Translations under genes and position numbers: made by a program
Assembly (NCBI GenBank): GCA_002010215.1
Contig: MTMY01000007.1
Location: forward strand, 62,001 to 114,273
Source: Archaeoglobus sp. JdFR-37
GTDB lineage: Archaea; Halobacteriota; Archaeoglobi; Archaeoglobales; Archaeoglobaceae
Direction: 5' to 3'
Length of the DNA: 52,273 bases
The notes under the pieces: generated by a model
Told to the model about the DNA's origin: nothing
The model's database searches: none
The model's input: the letters and a program-made list of their open reading frames with translations, nothing else
Shown here: positions 39,401-47,624 of the stretch, in pieces
Position numbering within the stretch: position 1 is the stretch's first letter
Layout of the letters: the number at the start of each line of letters is the position of its first letter

Positions 39401-41458
39401 AATTAGCTCAAGAAAGTCATCCTCCAAGAAATCAGGTAATACGAACTTGGAGTCTTCAGAGAACCTTAAGATTACTTCCAAATCGTAACCTAAAATTTCC
39501 TTGAATGCTTTTGAGAAGTAAATCTCATTAGGTCTAAACCACTCGACTTTGTTCGGAGTGGACAACTTATAGCAAGGAAATTTCAATTTATCGAGTTTTC
39601 TTGGATTTTCTTTTTGTAGGTTAATAAGTTCAGCAAATAAGCTCCTCCAGTTTTCAGGGTTCTTGTTTATTTCTTCAACTAAAACATCTTGTATAGTCCG
39701 CAGGGTTAGTTCTTTAACTCCAATCTCCTCCAAAAACTTGAGAATTTCCTCGGCATCCCCAGCTTGCTTTATTTCCTCTGTCAGTTCTCTATCCAGCAAG
39801 TCGATGTATTTAATAGCATATTTCAAGTATTTCTCAGGAATTTTGGATTTAACGTAATAAATTTCCTCAACTAAAGAGATGGAGGTGAAAGCTTTCTCCT
39901 CTAGTAGTAAGAAATTTGCATTAGCAATGAGGGTCTTTACTTCTTCATCATTCTTGGGTTTACTCATCCAATAGTCTTTAATCGCTTGATAAAATCGCAA
40001 CAGCTTTTCTGGTTCGGTTGGAAGAGAAGGATTATGTTCCAAATCCTTCAATATGTCTTCAAAAGTGAATTCCTCGATTTCTATATTGTGTTCTTTTAGT
40101 ATCTTTACGACCTCAGGATGTGCTTGATATCGTTTGTATCGTCTGCGTATATATTTGTAAGTCTTTTTCTTGTCGAGATAGTTAAACAACCATTCGTCAG
40201 CATTTACCACCTCCTCTTTCCTGAAAAACACCTCGTTGACGTCCTTATATAATGAATAATCGATCAGAATGAGGGCGTCATTCTCAAACATTTCTCTTAT
40301 GGCGCTGTGCAAATACGCAATTAGGGGCTCTTTTTCTCTATCAAACTCTGCCTTTTTGAGCCACTTATAAACTTGGAGCCTCTCGCTGTCAGAGTTAGCG
40401 TTCTTGTAGTATTCGATGACACGCTTTATGAGCCCTATAGCTTTCTCAATAAAGAGCCTGTTAAACTCATTCGTCTGATCTATAAAACGCCTGTCCTGCT
40501 CGATTACAAAATCAGCATGGATATTACAAGGTAGATATGTTTTAGATTGGGTAGGTAGGAATGTATAAAAGAGTCCATTGTACTCGTCATCAATTTCGTA
40601 TTCATTCTTTATAAGAATAGATACTGAAATGGATAACTCGATTTCCTCAGGGTAGTCTTTGGATGTTTCCTCGTACCTCTCTCTTAGCTTGTGCCTTAAA
40701 AAGCGAGTGCTATGTTCTCTGTCTAGTTTTATATAATCTTTCTTTAATATAAAGTGGTATCTTTCAACTTCTGAACCATCCTTACTTACGATTACGTTCC
40801 ACTTATCCCCACCTAAAAACTCTTTGCTAATCTCCTCGCACTTATCGTCGATTATGATTCTAATTTTTTTGATATTGCGCAAGAATAGTATTGTTTCCTT
40901 CGGAAAGTTCTTCAATTCCTCGAGAAAGATGTCCTTCCTATCTTCTTTTAATTCAAAGGATATTTTTGTGCCGACAGTGTATTCAACGTCATCTATACAG
41001 TCGTGGTCCCTGAATGGTACGCATATTGTATCTGATTTGTATACCCACTTCAAATAGCCAGAAGCTAACTTAACTTCGTCAGTATAATAAAAGACAGACT
41101 TAAACCCAATTCCGAAGTTCCCTATGAACTCCCCGAGCTTTTTGGTGCTTTCCCCTATAGCAGAAAGTGCTATGAACTGGTCTTTGGTAAATTCTTCACC
41201 ATCGTTCTGTATTTCTACGCCATATCCAAAAACTTTTATCGTTATCTCTTCAGATTTGGCATCATCAGCGTTTTGTATAACTTCTCGAATGAGAAATTCT
41301 GGTTTGCTTAGGAATCCTTTTATAGCTCTTGCTACACTTTTTTGATACGCTAATTTTTCTGGATTATCGAGTTCAAAGAAGTTATGTCTTTCGTCGATAA
41401 GTTTGACTGCTTCTTGAACGCTTTGGATGTCGCTGTGCTTTTTACCAATCATCTCCAA
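36461..41458 (-). CDS. Sacsin-like GHKL ATPase fused to C-terminal DUF3883/NO VEIN nuclease
   Basis: REVIQNADDA, NDGEEF, IGNFGIGFKSVF at the N-terminus; GRMGEE, YDIK, IEVKST, ISLNQW at the C-terminus. Confidence 0.88.
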   Translation of the reverse strand: MEMIGKKHSDIQSVQEAVKLIDERHNFFELDNPEKLAYQKSVARAIKGFLSKPEFLIREVIQNADDAKSEEITIKVFGYGVEIQNDGEEFTKDQFIALSAIGESTKKLGEFIGNFGIGFKSVFYYTDEVKLASGYLKWVYKSDTICVPFRDHDCIDDVEYTVGTKISFELKEDRKDIFLEELKNFPKETILFLRNIKKIRIIIDDKCEEISKEFLGGDKWNVIVSKDGSEVERYHFILKKDYIKLDREHSTRFLRHKLRERYEETSKDYPEEIELSISVSILIKNEYEIDDEYNGLFYTFLPTQSKTYLPCNIHADFVIEQDRRFIDQTNEFNRLFIEKAIGLIKRVIEYYKNANSDSERLQVYKWLKKAEFDREKEPLIAYLHSAIREMFENDALILIDYSLYKDVNEVFFRKEEVVNADEWLFNYLDKKKTYKYIRRRYKRYQAHPEVVKILKEHNIEIEEFTFEDILKDLEHNPSLPTEPEKLLRFYQAIKDYWMSKPKNDEEVKTLIANANFLLLEEKAFTSISLVEEIYYVKSKIPEKYLKYAIKYIDLLDRELTEEIKQAGDAEEILKFLEEIGVKELTLRTIQDVLVEEINKNPENWRSLFAELINLQKENPRKLDKLKFPCYKLSTPNKVEWFRPNEIYFSKAFKEILGYDLEVILRFSEDSKFVLPDFLEDDFLELIEGDSVEDKKEMIFRFLERQGVKQRLDVKDDEDNIIKLPKSQNINPVEKAKEELKEFIEENNIDFSIEFFIGVPLKPYNSNIYPNKISGYVFGIIDREMEHQDKIIKELRRKDRDYVINFSNMILRNWQELGRTDDLVSMFFRDRQDYKQEYKQFLKLRLLYSYKIGTYSVGEQLFGLSKFGKMLKEECWLLDANGEPRSPLELFVNTDDNRKLGLPVVNQNLPLPPDLIEFLELNRSPDIEYLLKRLEVAINRRDREEIEDILWKIYLEVSKNEKSKNKIKEKLKKIPIWKDTQVELVPVERVCWTSQIREEGFSKKQQRETILKMITPLKDYYGERFRDFFVKVLGIPEIIPPKIFIDYYTKLLEKTEPLSDAEVAFVLNVYLNADSYEVRNEILNTDKLLNLNHRFVLKSDIEFYCLNGDIATNLLLEIKEKTLRTPGRLRDRNIKGSVYEVLLKELTDIEEISTYKCIPVGEEDYDIDFKKESLVFAIWNYRSKLDIDTDKIKDLCSRILGIKVKKAKKIKMVYEVDGEKITSGVEITAAYDESRNTIYIKDEKARNEYSALFQIKDALSKYLSTFKDFDEVFSNCFDRPIEYVKEFLLSKGIEKVEEPPFDLEEGAPTVSTEELTEDTSISGQISETPAEVVEMTPSPSESAEYSVETQEEVENVLKSHIDDVKAIYGTEGSSEHVEEQTLEVALRGGEKERQKRPAEGARPSEKEGIQIVEPSEQKSELIESTVEDTWEADKSDESVKLSVLLEVEEKSREVWKPECEPSEVDVSSIPVTYIKPTEEFDESPKGDVKLIEFLSTKHESRDAIEQPSSKRYGALSEENRKKVGRMGEELVFLHLKEDLLKKYEDAEIEELDDGGKIVLKRHGQILAEIHWLNHKEDAMKEYDIKLVREGKEKYIEVKSTIKDNKDFFEISLNQWKFAASQGSSYYIYVVHKVGTKEPKFFALENPHELWKQGKLEVRVDSMRMYI

Positions 41459-41552
41459 CCACCATTATTGGTTGTGATATTTAATAAGAATTATCCGAAA
41501 AACATTCTTAAATACTTTGTATACTCTGTTGAATTAGATGTGTGTTCTTGTA

Positions 41553-41816
41553 TTACATCTCAAAGCCTCCCCCATCCTTCAACACCACAGCATTCTCAAA
41601 ATTCTCCACAAACCAGTCTGGATTCTCTGTGTGCACCGGAATAACTACATCTGGATCAATTTTCTCGATCACCCACCTCAGATCGCTCTTCGAAGCATGG
41701 CCTGATGCATGATACCCTCTGATGAACTGAGGTTTAAGCTTACCCTCATCCAGCACCATCTCAAAGCCGTAAATTCTGAACCCGAACTCCTTAAGCCAGT
41801 TGTAAAGCCTGAGAAA
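41553..41816 (-). pseudogene. 3' remnant of an RNase J-like MBL/beta-CASP gene
   Basis: FLRLYNWLKEFGF...YHASGHAS...IDPDVVIPVHTE. The N-terminal catalytic domain is absent. Confidence 0.8.
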
Positions 41817-41850
41817 AATATGAGAAAAAGCTTGGAAAGGGAGACTCTAT

Positions 41851-41891
41851 AAAGCTACCAGAAGTGTTAGTTTAAGTAAAAGCTACCAGAA
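41851..41891. repeat. 13-bp direct repeat AAAGCTACCAGAA x2
   Basis: Exact copies at 41851-41863 and 41879-41891. Confidence 0.85.
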
Positions 41892-42221
41892 CTTCCTGTA
41901 GTGTCTCAGAAATAACTCCTTATGATAGTAGTGCCCACTGTTGTACTGCCGCTTTCGTATACAGGATTACCACACAGCGGACACAGAAACCTTACCTTCC
42001 GGCAACCCCTTCATGAACTCCTCTAGTGCAATTATCAGACTGTAATCCTGCACTTTCTTCTCAAGTTTCTGACAGATTAACTTTGAGCTCTATTTCACCT
42101 CTTAAGTTGTGTTTTGTCTTAATTAAATGCCAAAGGCTCTAATGAGAAGCAAATGACATTCGTTTTACATCCGTAGGACGAATGCAAAAAGTATTAATAG
42201 GATTTAGCGTCAAATATTATT

Positions 42222-42782
42222 ATGGAAGAGTTTCACAAATGGAAATTGGCGTGGTTGGAAGGAAGTATCCTCGGTTACTTGAAAGGAGACATACCTTCCC
42301 AGCAACTTATCGGGAGAGTAGATAAAGCTATCAACGATTATAAAATGGATAAAAGAGAGATTTTGGAACTTATTAAAAAAATTGTAGAGAGTCCTGCGTA
42401 TCTGCCAAATATGAGCAAAGAGGAAAAGAGAAAGAGGGTTGAGGTACTGATTAAATCAACTGCTTTATCGAACAACTATATCACCACCAAAATAGGAAGT
42501 TACTCCGGAATCAAAAGGGGTGTGGGAGTAAGGGTTCCGCCTAGCATTCTGAAAGGAGTTGGATTGAAACAGGGTGATAAAGCTAGGATACAAGTTGACT
42601 TAAGTGGCAGGATCATAATAGGAAGAGGTATCGAAGGAATGTACTATGAGAGGAAGATCAGAAAAGGGGGAGTCATACGCATCCCAAATGAATTGGCAAG
42701 GCGGCTTGGATTGCTGGATGAGGAAACAGAAGCGAAAGTATGGGTTGAGGAAGAAAAAATTATTGTCGACATGATTAAATAA
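42222..42782 (+). CDS. AbrB/MazE-type DNA-binding protein (two AbrB-like repeats)
   Basis: GVRVPPSILKGVGLKQGD and GVIRIPNELARRLGL motifs. Confidence 0.7.
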   Translation: MEEFHKWKLAWLEGSILGYLKGDIPSQQLIGRVDKAINDYKMDKREILELIKKIVESPAYLPNMSKEEKRKRVEVLIKSTALSNNYITTKIGSYSGIKRGVGVRVPPSILKGVGLKQGDKARIQVDLSGRIIIGRGIEGMYYERKIRKGGVIRIPNELARRLGLLDEETEAKVWVEEEKIIVDMIK

Positions 42783-42881
42783 GCTCAAGGAATATATAGG
42801 ACCACTGATTGAGTATTATTTTTGACTGTTGAACCAAAAATGCTTTGATTTTCATTACTAAATCTACGGTGAAAGTATACG

Positions 42882-43466
42882 ATGGTGGTTGAAATGGATT
42901 TAGAGAGTTTGGAATCCATTGTGAACAATTTGAAGGCTGTGATGGAAATCCTCAGCAGTAGAGAATTAGAAGATAGGGTGTTGAGGTCCAGATACGCCGA
43001 GTTTCTGGTTGCGAAGGAGATGGCATCTAGGGGCTACGAAGTGCAGGTATTGGGTGAAAGATGGGAAGGCTTCAAAAGCGCCGACATTTACGTTCCAGAA
43101 ATCGATAAGAGGGTGGAGGTTAAGTCCGGTGCATTCAGGATGGAAGAGGGTATCACAGTAACTTTTGCTTCCTTCGGAAAAGGAAAGCAGATAAGAAATG
43201 GCAAGTTCGATGTGTGTGTGTTCGTTGCCTTCGATGGCATCGAACCTGAGTTTTACGTTTTTACGCGTGACGAGCTTATGGAGGTTGCCGAGAAGGAAAG
43301 GAAGGAGCTAGCAGACCATCCTGGCACAAATCCGTGCCTGCTAGTTCTTTGCAGGAGCTACGAGGACTACGAAGAATACATGACAGGCATAAGAAAGCTC
43401 GATGTGGAAATCGACCTTCACAGGAATCCGGGGAAGTATAGAGACAGGTGGGACAAAAATTTTTGA
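42882..43466 (+). CDS. Putative PD-(D/E)XK nuclease
   Basis: AEFLVA...ADIY....RVEVKS...FDVCVFV. Confidence 0.65.
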   Translation: MVVEMDLESLESIVNNLKAVMEILSSRELEDRVLRSRYAEFLVAKEMASRGYEVQVLGERWEGFKSADIYVPEIDKRVEVKSGAFRMEEGITVTFASFGKGKQIRNGKFDVCVFVAFDGIEPEFYVFTRDELMEVAEKERKELADHPGTNPCLLVLCRSYEDYEEYMTGIRKLDVEIDLHRNPGKYRDRWDKNF

Positions 43467-43557
43467 TTGACTTATCTTTCCAAGGTTACAATTAGAGATG
43501 TATACCTGTATGCCTATAAATCCTCCACTTCCTGATCGGAAAGAGGGAGTGGTGTGC

Positions 43558-44133
43558 ATGTTCGCCTCCGAGTGGGAGGAGGAGCTTGTGTGTGAGTGGC
43601 TTTCCCTCCAGGGGTACTTTGTGGAGGTTAATGTCCCGCTAACTACAGGTGAGGGCGGAGGCAGAAAGGAGGCGGACATAATAGCTGTCAGAGTCGATGA
43701 GAACAGGCTCATCATCAAGCACGTAGAGATCGGGAGCCTGGCAGAAAGCTTTCAGAGGAACGTTGAGAGAGTAACGCAGAAATTTGATGAGGACAGGGTG
43801 AAAGCCGTCGTTAATTACGTCAGAAGCAGGTTTTCCAAAGCCTTGGAGGTGGATTACAGAAAAATCTACATCGCAACCTTTTGCGGGCGTCCTGCAGATC
43901 TGAGAAGGGAGTTGGGAGAGAGAGGCGTTGAATTTTTGCTGCTCAGAGAGCTGGTTGAAAAGGAGATACCGGAATCCATAGAGAAGTGGAAGAAGGATCA
44001 GCAGGATGCGGGGCTGGTCAGGAGGTGGAAGGAGGCAATGCTGCCCCGCAGCTACTGGCTTCTGAAAATGATTGAGCTGATGAAGGACATGAGTCCATTC
44101 TACACGAGATTTCCAGCGAATGAGGTAGGATGA
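43558..44133 (+). CDS. Putative PD-(D/E)XK / Hjc-like nuclease
   Basis: EEELVCEWLSLQGYFV...EADIIAV...HVEI. Start at ATG 43558 after a GGAGTGGTG RBS. Confidence 0.65.
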   Translation: MFASEWEEELVCEWLSLQGYFVEVNVPLTTGEGGGRKEADIIAVRVDENRLIIKHVEIGSLAESFQRNVERVTQKFDEDRVKAVVNYVRSRFSKALEVDYRKIYIATFCGRPADLRRELGERGVEFLLLRELVEKEIPESIEKWKKDQQDAGLVRRWKEAMLPRSYWLLKMIELMKDMSPFYTRFPANEVG

Positions 44134-44286
44134 GGTTTTATGGCTAAATTATGTATAATGAAATTGGACTCATCTAAGATGACTTAAGCTGGAAAGGACT
44201 GGTCGAGAATCTGACGAAATACTCATGAGGTACAGGAGCTAGTTGTGAGGTAGAAAATTTTATATGGATCATACAATTGAGCCGTT

Positions 44287-44907
44287 ATGCACATATTTGA
44301 TGTGTTAGCTTTACTTGGCATCATACTGATTTCAATTTCCATCCTCAACCTGAGCATTTACCTCCAGCCCAACAGAAAGAGTGTGAGGCAATTCGTAAGC
44401 AGGAATGTCAAAGAAACCATAATCTACGGCCTTCTAATCTCCTTCATCATGCTTTTTCAGTAGATGGTTGGGATCTTCCTGGCTTTAGAACCCAGCGATT
44501 TTGCTCGATTTCTGATGGATGCGGGAGCGGTCGGACTGTGGGGCATTCTAACATCCATTAACGCTGCTATGATCTATACTCTGCTTAAGAATGGTTTCAG
44601 GCCTGCGCTGTCCAAGGACTTCGTGGACATCCTCTTTTACTTTGCGGTCGTATATCTAGTGCTGGAGAAGCTTAGTCTGCCATGGATGGCTGTGGCCTTC
44701 GCGTCAACGGTGTTAATGGTGGCCATTCTGTACCTGCTGGTTACGCTAATCAGGTATTCCAGAATAATTGATATAATGGTGGAGCCCGTCAGCCTGCATC
44801 CGCTTGCACTGGGATTCAGGATATTCTCCGTATTTATTGGACTCCTGCTGGCATCGCTTCCACACTCATGCCAACTACTCCGAATCGATCTGAGTGGTGT
44901 TATTTAA
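44287..44907 (+). pseudogene. Multi-TM membrane protein interrupted by in-frame TAG
   Basis: ATG 44287 reads MHIFDVLALLGIILIS... to TAG at 44461-44463, then continues in the same frame as ORF 44464-44907. Confidence 0.65.
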
Positions 44908-44997
44908 GATTTTTATGTTAGACATCTCCTTTCGATCTTAATCGTTACTCAAGATTTTAGATTGATGAGGTTAGGAAATACTGTTTTAAAAACCAAT

Positions 44998-45144
44998 TCA
45001 ATTTCTCTTCTTTTTAAGAACGTAAATTACTACTTCTTGACCAGCATATCCTCTTCCAATGAAAACACGACCATCATCACCTATTTTTGCTTCTTTCTTG
45101 GTAAGCAACTCTTCATCATCGATTTCAATGGTAATTTTTGCCAT
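44998..45144 (-). CDS. 48-aa AbrB/DUF2080-like small DNA-binding protein (not in ORF track)
   Basis: MAKITIEIDDEELLTKKEAKIGDDGRVFIGRGYAGQEVVIYVLKKKRN, a swapped-hairpin pattern D..GRV.I...YAG.EV.V. Confidence 0.65.
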   Translation of the reverse strand: MAKITIEIDDEELLTKKEAKIGDDGRVFIGRGYAGQEVVIYVLKKKRN

Positions 45145-45184
45145 GTTGGTTTGTTATATTGTTCCAAATAAATACGCTGCGGTT

Positions 45185-45235
45185 GTGTCACTATAGCACC
45201 ACAAAATTTAAATAATTGGTGTTACTATAGTACCA
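45185..45235. promoter_or_regulatory. Paired 17-bp operator-like repeats flanking a TATA box in a divergent promoter
   Basis: GTGTCACTATAGCACCA (45185-45201) and GTGTTACTATAGTACCA (45219-45235) flank TTTAAATA (45207-45214). Confidence 0.65.
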
Positions 45236-45242
45236 TAGATAG

Positions 45243-45929
45243 GTGAGAAGTATGGTGGAGTGCTCTGAACCCAAATTGAAGGAAGTCCTCAAAACCTACC
45301 GACCAAGCCAGCTCGACGAACAGCTCCTGACAGCATGTCCCTTCTATGAGCAGGACAGCAAAGAGCTAACATCCGCTTATAGACTTATCCACGAGATTGC
45401 CAAGTCGAGGATACTGGTAAAGCTCCAGATGAGGCTGAACGAAGTCTCTATCGTCAGCGAGCTCCCGCTGGAGTTTGGAAGGGTGGATGGTGCAGCAGGA
45501 AACAGGATTGCTTTGAAAAACAACAATGACGACATTATCCTCTTCATCGAGATCAAAACTGGAAGCATCAAGTTCGTTCAGCCAGCTATCTACACCCTCC
45601 AGACGAAAAAGAAGACCCTTGTTGCCGAGCTGAAGACTGGCGATGTCTTCGTAGTGGACATCGAGCTGGCTGAAGTTATTGTGGAGGAGCTAATAACGCA
45701 TTTGAAGGAGAAGGACATTCTCAGGCAGCTCAACAAAAAGATTCCCGGCTCCGAGTGCAGGTACTGCGGAGCAGAATGCGAGTTCAGAAGAAAAGTCAAG
45801 GCCAATGGAAGCCCACTGAAATCTCTCCCCAACATCCTGAACAACATAGATGTAATTGTGGACAAAATAGCTGCTGAGATCTCAAAGGAGCTTAACACCA
45901 GATTTTGTCAGGCTGCCGAAGCTGCCTGA
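45243..45929 (+). CDS. Solo Cas4/RecB-like nuclease with predicted Fe-S cluster
   Basis: N-terminal CPF, E...GRVDG, IEIKTG, QPAIY (QxxxY), C-terminal CRYC...C. Confidence 0.72.
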   Translation: MRSMVECSEPKLKEVLKTYRPSQLDEQLLTACPFYEQDSKELTSAYRLIHEIAKSRILVKLQMRLNEVSIVSELPLEFGRVDGAAGNRIALKNNNDDIILFIEIKTGSIKFVQPAIYTLQTKKKTLVAELKTGDVFVVDIELAEVIVEELITHLKEKDILRQLNKKIPGSECRYCGAECEFRRKVKANGSPLKSLPNILNNIDVIVDKIAAEISKELNTRFCQAAEAA

Positions 45930-45931
45930 CC

Positions 45932-46273
45932 ATGACGGGCGACAAGATCGAGAAAATAAGGAAGGACGTTCAGGAACTCTACAAAGAGAACTCTGAACAA
46001 ATAATCGCAGCTATATATGCAAGGGTCTCCTCGCCAAAGCAGATGAACAACTACAGCCTGGACGAGCAGGTGAGGATCTGCAGGGAGAGATGCGAGCTGA
46101 TGGGGTGGAAGGTCAGGTACATCTTCAGAGACGTCATGACAGCTGAAAGCACAGACAGGCCCATGTTCAGGAAGATGATGGAGAAGGCGAGGCAGAGAAA
46201 GCTCTCCCGTCAAGGATTACCTGCTGCACACCTTACCACATCTATCCTGAACCCCTTCTCTGTGATTGCGTAG
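45932..46273 (+). pseudogene. Truncated serine recombinase (resolvase N-terminal domain)
   Basis: AAIYARVSS.KQ...SLDEQ...DRPMF. Homology stops near 46200, before the expected D..V...LDR motif. Confidence 0.85.
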
Positions 46274-46411
46274 AGCCTCTTGTTGTACTTCTGGAACTCC
46301 TCGTCAGTTATGAGGACTGTATGCTCGGGCTCCCTTTGCTAAGAGTGCATGAGCCTCTAAGTGCCAGCTCTCTGGATTCCAGATCTTGATAAGAAAATGG
46401 AAAATTACAAC

Positions 46412-47479
46412 TCAATCTGAATAACAACCCAACTCCTTCATCGAAACACTCCTCAGACACAGATTGCATGATTTGCAGTCACTCGCTTCAATTTCGTTTC
46501 GCATCCACCTGATCGGGAGGTATGGGTCTCTTATCAGCGGCCTGGCCATGGACACCATATCGGCATATCCTTCTTTTATCAGCCTTTCTGCAAAGGCCTT
46601 GCTCCTGATCCCTCCGACAGCTATGACGGGTATGCTCACCGCCTCCTTAATCTTCTTGGTAAACTCCTTGAAATAACCTTCACCACTTTTGGAAACATTC
46701 TGGCACACAACATTGTAACCGGTATGGTGCGCTGACTCAAACATTCCTCCGCTCACTTCTATTGCCTCAAAACCTGCTTTTTCAAGTAATTTTGCAATTC
46801 TCATCGCTTCATCGATTTCAAGACCGCCCGGAATGAAGTCGTTGGCGTTCATCTTAATCAAAACTGGAATTCTGGTTTTTTCATCTATACGTTCCTTTAT
46901 GTCAAGAAGAATTTTCGCCCTCTCTTTACCGTATTCGTCTTTTCTGCGGTTCGTGTGGGGAGATATGAACTCGCTCAAGAGATATCCATGGGCTGCATGG
47001 AGCTGAACTGCATCAAATCCTGCTTTTTCTGCCCTTCGAGCGGCATCTCCAAATGAATCTATTATCTCCTCTATCTCTTCTTTTGTAAGCTCTCTGGGAG
47101 TAACTTTCATGACTGGATCGGGGATAGGGGATGGAGCTACCGGATTAAACGGGCCCTGCCTTCCGGCGTGGGAAATTTGAGCGACGAGTATTTGTGTTTT
47201 ATTGACTTTCTTCACTTCCTCAATCATTTTCTTCAAACTGCTGACGTGCTCATCCCTGCTTATGCCCGTCATTTTCCTGTGGGCTTTCCCGTCATCCATG
47301 ACGAACATGTGACCTGTGATAGCAACACCTGCTCCACCTTCGGCAAGCCTCTTGTAGAATTCGACGAATTTTTCCGTCACAAAACCGTCATCATCTGCCA
47401 TGGATTCTGCTGTAGCGGATTTTACGATTCTGTTTTCAACTGTGATGCTGTCAAGTTCTAATGGCGAAAACAATACCAT
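46412..47479 (-). CDS. NADH:flavin oxidoreductase (old yellow enzyme family)
   Basis: NRIVKSAT, QISHAGRQ, AGFDAVQLHAAHGYLLSEFISP..NRRKDEYG, C-terminal CKSCNLC. Confidence 0.93.
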   Translation of the reverse strand: MVLFSPLELDSITVENRIVKSATAESMADDDGFVTEKFVEFYKRLAEGGAGVAITGHMFVMDDGKAHRKMTGISRDEHVSSLKKMIEEVKKVNKTQILVAQISHAGRQGPFNPVAPSPIPDPVMKVTPRELTKEEIEEIIDSFGDAARRAEKAGFDAVQLHAAHGYLLSEFISPHTNRRKDEYGKERAKILLDIKERIDEKTRIPVLIKMNANDFIPGGLEIDEAMRIAKLLEKAGFEAIEVSGGMFESAHHTGYNVVCQNVSKSGEGYFKEFTKKIKEAVSIPVIAVGGIRSKAFAERLIKEGYADMVSMARPLIRDPYLPIRWMRNEIEASDCKSCNLCLRSVSMKELGCYSD

Positions 47480-47533
47480 GAAGTTGTGGAATTTGACTAA
47501 AATTAATGTATTTTTCGTATCATGTTTTTGGCC

Positions 47534-47555
47534 TAGCTTGACCATGGTAAAGTTA
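47534..47555. promoter_or_regulatory. Palindromic operator TAGCTTGACCATGGTAAAGTTA
   Basis: Near-perfect 22-bp inverted repeat between the divergent oxidoreductase and HTH-10 genes. Confidence 0.6.
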
Positions 47556-47624
47556 TACCTCCGAAAATCCTGTCCCAACTCTCACCTAAGACTTATATAT
47601 ATCATAACAAATAGTGAAATTACC

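Larger units (their letters stand above)
20244..46400. mobile_element. tRNA-Ser-adjacent genomic (defence) island, degraded
   Basis: Abrupt switch to AT-richer sequence after the tRNA, many nucleases/ATPases/methylase, pseudogenes, and a truncated serine recombinase at the right end. Right boundary approximate. Confidence 0.75.

Noticed and set aside
44962..45171. 69-aa plus-strand ORF
   Set aside because: Shadow of the better-supported minus-strand 48-aa AbrB/DUF2080-like gene.
47400..47624. N-terminal extensions making the oxidoreductase and HTH-10 ORFs overlap
   Set aside because: Family-typical starts are at 47479 (-) and 47625 (+); the interval contains promoter and operator elements.
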